This document shows, piece by piece, positions 61,473 to 64,000 of a stretch of DNA of 64,000 bases. Source of the stretch: Syntrophales bacterium (lineage in GTDB: Bacteria; Desulfobacterota; Syntrophia; Syntrophales; UBA2210); assembly GCA_963666365.2 (NCBI GenBank), contig CAXXNF010000002.1, positions 1,024,001 to 1,088,000 of the forward strand, written 5' to 3'. The translations under genes were made by a program, and so were the position numbers. Under the pieces are notes generated by a model. The model ran no database searches. It was not told where the DNA came from and saw nothing but the letters and a program-made list of their open reading frames with translations. The stretch's first letter is position 1. Each line of letters starts with the position of its first letter.

Positions 61473-62871
61473 TGACAAGTGTCAGGACATAGGTAACCCA
61501 GTCTTAAAAGTAAAAAGTGTCATGACATAGGTTACCCACGGCCACATCGCGTGCCTAATCTTTAGGCATTTGATAATCAAAAACGTGCACACATTCATCA
61601 CCCAAATATACCTGGATGCGATGAATCGCCGTTACAATAGCTGCTCTCACGTATGAGTACACAAGCTCTTTGGAAAGCTCAAATTTTTCACCAAAGATGT
61701 CGAGCATCCGGTCACTGCGGATAAACCTGACGATGTGAATCGTCCCGTCAGGAATCCCATTGATCTTCGGCAGCTTGGTATTGGCTCCCAAGGTCACGGG
61801 TACAAAATTTTCGTCTGATATCATCTCTTCGAGCGTCTTTCCTTTGAGACAACTGTATCGGTGATGCTTGTTGTGAAAGCGCTGAAAATGTTTGCTCTGC
61901 TCTTTCAATGCGCCGTAACTGGCAAACCATTGTCTGCGAAAGAACTTTTTGTTGTAGGTGTCGTTAAAATTTTCTACGACGCCATTGCGCCACGGTTCGC
62001 CGATCGGAATAAACACCGGCTGTACTCCGTAGTGTAAACACAGTTTCAGCACAATTCCCAATGAGCGAGGATAGCGGTTGCTCCCACGGAAACTGAGCGC
62101 ATTATCAAACTGTAGAAAATCCGGCAGTCCAAGCGTCTTCCAGACCCTCATCAGGTTGGACGCCACCTGGCCGTCCTCTTTCGTTCTTTGAGATTCTATA
62201 CGTACCTTGTGACTGTAAATGTCGATCACGTTCATGGAGTAAAATTTGCCGTCTCCTTTGATATAGCGCGGTCCGACAAGATCCATCTGGTGTATGTTGT
62301 TGCAGCAGAGCGCCTCCCGGAAGTACGGATATTCGACATCTTTGGGAACGTAGGCAGTTTTTTTTAACGAGACCTTCTTGCGTGATTATTCGGGTAATTG
62401 TTCTATCAGATGGAAATTCTACCCCCAGTTTCGTCATCTCCCATTTGATCGCCGATACGCCAATCTGAGCGTAACGTTCGGATTCCAAACGTTTTCTGAT
62501 GGATACAATAAGCTCTCGTTCTTCTTCCCTCGTCTTGGTCGGCGTGGTAAGCGGAGACCTGGATCTGTCTTTGTACCAATCCTTGTCTCCAGAGTGATAC
62601 CGCTTCAACCATTTGAAAAACCACTTTTTTGAGCGCTTGATCTCTCGGTAAATTGCCTTCGGCTCTTCTCCTCCTGTGACGTGACGAAGTATCGCTTGTT
62701 TTCTGAGCTCTTCCTCCATCATTCAGTTCCATCTCCTTTCTTGTTTTTAAAAGGAGATACAGTATATAAAAAATAATCGTTCAGGGTAACCTATGTCCTG
62801 ACACCAAAATCGGCTTTAAAAGTAACCCATGTCATGACACTTTTGGGTAACCTATGTTATGACCTTTGACA
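61473..62871 (-). mobile_element. IS481-like insertion sequence
   Basis: TG..CA ends, about 27-bp imperfect IRs, 6-bp target duplication GGTAGT (61467-61472 and 62872-62877), repeated GTCATGACATAGGTTACCC-like motifs. Confidence 0.87.
61555..62722 (-). CDS. DDE transposase in two frames joined at an A8 run
   Basis: HTH ORF 62105..62722 and rve ORF (QMD, QFDN, NGVVENFN); a -1 shift at 62358-62365 fuses them. Confidence 0.82.
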
Positions 62872-63607
62872 GGTAGTGCCTGTATAATCGGCCAGTTCTT
62901 GACTAGAAATCGGAAAATCAATAAGGAGCTCATCGCCTGAACGTCTACCCGATTGTTTCATAATCCTGAGCAGGGATCGCGCAATCCTCCGCTCCACCTG
63001 CTCGGCATACAGTTCCAAATATCTGTTTTGGAGATCTTCTAAGCGATAGAGCGAGTTACGGAGCATATTGCGATGAACCTCGGGATGCTCAGCCATAAGA
63101 GCGCACATCGCCGCCTTGTCCCAGCCGACGACCCTGGTTGTGCTTACCGCTTCAGCCGTAACGGGGTATTCCCGGTCATGCAACACCGCAATCATTACCG
63201 TCAGTTCGCCGGGGCCAATATAGCGGATCAAGACCTCCTTGCCCTGTTCGTGGAGTTTCCCGAGCTTAAGCCGTCCTTCCAGCACGAAAAACAAGCGCCG
63301 TGCCTGATCGCCTTGACGGAAAAGCACCACACCGGATTTTAAATCGCGCACAGTCCCTCGATTAACGATCTGATCACCCTGCTCTCCGGAAAGGCCGCGT
63401 AAAAAATCTGCCCTGAGGCTATCCCCTGTATCGATGAAACCATTATGTTCCAAGAGTCCCTGTCCCACTGTGCTCGGCTTTTCACCGCCATTCGGATGGA
63501 CATTCAATATTTTCAGCTTGATATCGCTACAATACATGAAGCATCGGAGTCTTTGCAAGCACCAATTCCGATGAATTTTGCGACAGCATTTCTTAAGATC
63601 CGTTCAG

Positions 63608-63841
63608 CTAATATCCAGCGGCTACACTCACCAGTTCGTCCGGTGTGAACTGGTGGTCGGGATCTGTGGCAAGGACGCAAAGCGGATAATTTCTGCCCGC
63701 ATATGAGGGTGACACGCAGGGAGCCGGCATCGTGTCGTAATTGTCGACGTCATAGACCCCCGCAGTGTGAGAAAGGAGCTGCCTGATGGCAATGATGATA
63801 ATGACAACCGGAAGAATGTGTAAATATTTGCTGATACGCAT
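63608..63841 (-). CDS. Short hypothetical ORF or gene remnant with an N-terminal hydrophobic segment
   Basis: 77 aa, no recognised motif. Confidence 0.3.
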   Translation of the reverse strand: MRISKYLHILPVVIIIIAIRQLLSHTAGVYDVDNYDTMPAPCVSPSYAGRNYPLCVLATDPDHQFTPDELVSVAAGY

Positions 63842-63929
63842 AGGACATCTTCTTAAACAGGATCATCGGCAGGTATTGTGGTGCGGGATCAGAACCTGCG
63901 CCTAACGCATATATCATACACCTGCTGCT

Positions 63930-64000
63930 TCATTCAGCATGTTCTCGTGGTAATTTTTTTTGTTTCACGGGCATTTCAGAATCTTCTTCATCTTCAGGAA
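63930..64000 (-). CDS. 3' end of a probable second small DnaJ-like gene (truncated by the window)
   Basis: PEDEEDSEMPVKQKKLPREHAE* aligns with PEDEEDSGTPMEQKKFIRDNAK* of 60177..60524. Confidence 0.7.
   Translation of the reverse strand, partial: PEDEEDSEMPVKQKKLPREHAE

Larger units (their letters stand above)
61347..63537 (-). pseudogene. Crp/Fnr-family regulator (NnrR-like) split by an IS
   Basis: cNMP-binding-like domain ends YTGTT at 62872 and resumes LYTVSRTLSAWEKKGWV...ENL* after the IS; start uncertain. Confidence 0.88.

Noticed and set aside
61478..62865. Repeated 20-bp units as a CRISPR array
   Set aside because: They are inverted IS end repeats; no spacer array or cas genes were seen in the window

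Overview
64-kb window from an anaerobic bacterium. Gene content (acyl-CoA dehydrogenase paralogues, NuoEF-like module, sigma54 promoters) suggests a Syntrophales-like deltaproteobacterium; this is inference only. 1-7 kb: beta-oxidation cluster (three acyl-CoA dehydrogenases, thiolase, TetR). 7.4-14 kb: DRTGG/anti-sigma kinase/PHP/HATPase cassette leading into NuoE, a 2Fe-2S ferredoxin and a NuoF-GltD fusion, with no hydrogenase or formate dehydrogenase subunit. 14.6-20.4 kb: accessory block of two AraC-GyrI regulators, an Lnt-like CN-hydrolase, an unannotated 39-47 aa peptide ORF, a methyltransferase-radical SAM fusion and an Fe-S flavoprotein. 20-33 kb: acyl-CoA synthetase, smc, ftsY, phosphatase, formiminotransferase, tRNA-Arg(CCT), a RAYT-like transposase, an MFS transporter, and metK under a SAM-II-like riboswitch with a terminator. 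35-60 kb: an apparently self-contained sigma54 envelope/stress regulon (cyclic beta-1,2-glucan synthase, PAS-bEBP, OmpA split by an IS91-like element, decayed ice-binding-domain lipoprotein, BON, CsbD, FtsH-HflKC, B12-radical SAM). Its two promoters share a non-canonical -12 box and a tandem GGTCATATATGACC-type palindrome. 60-64 kb: NnrR-like Crp/Fnr gene split by an IS481-like element, its likely operator, and duplicated DnaJ-like genes. All calls come from reading motifs by eye; no database search was run.
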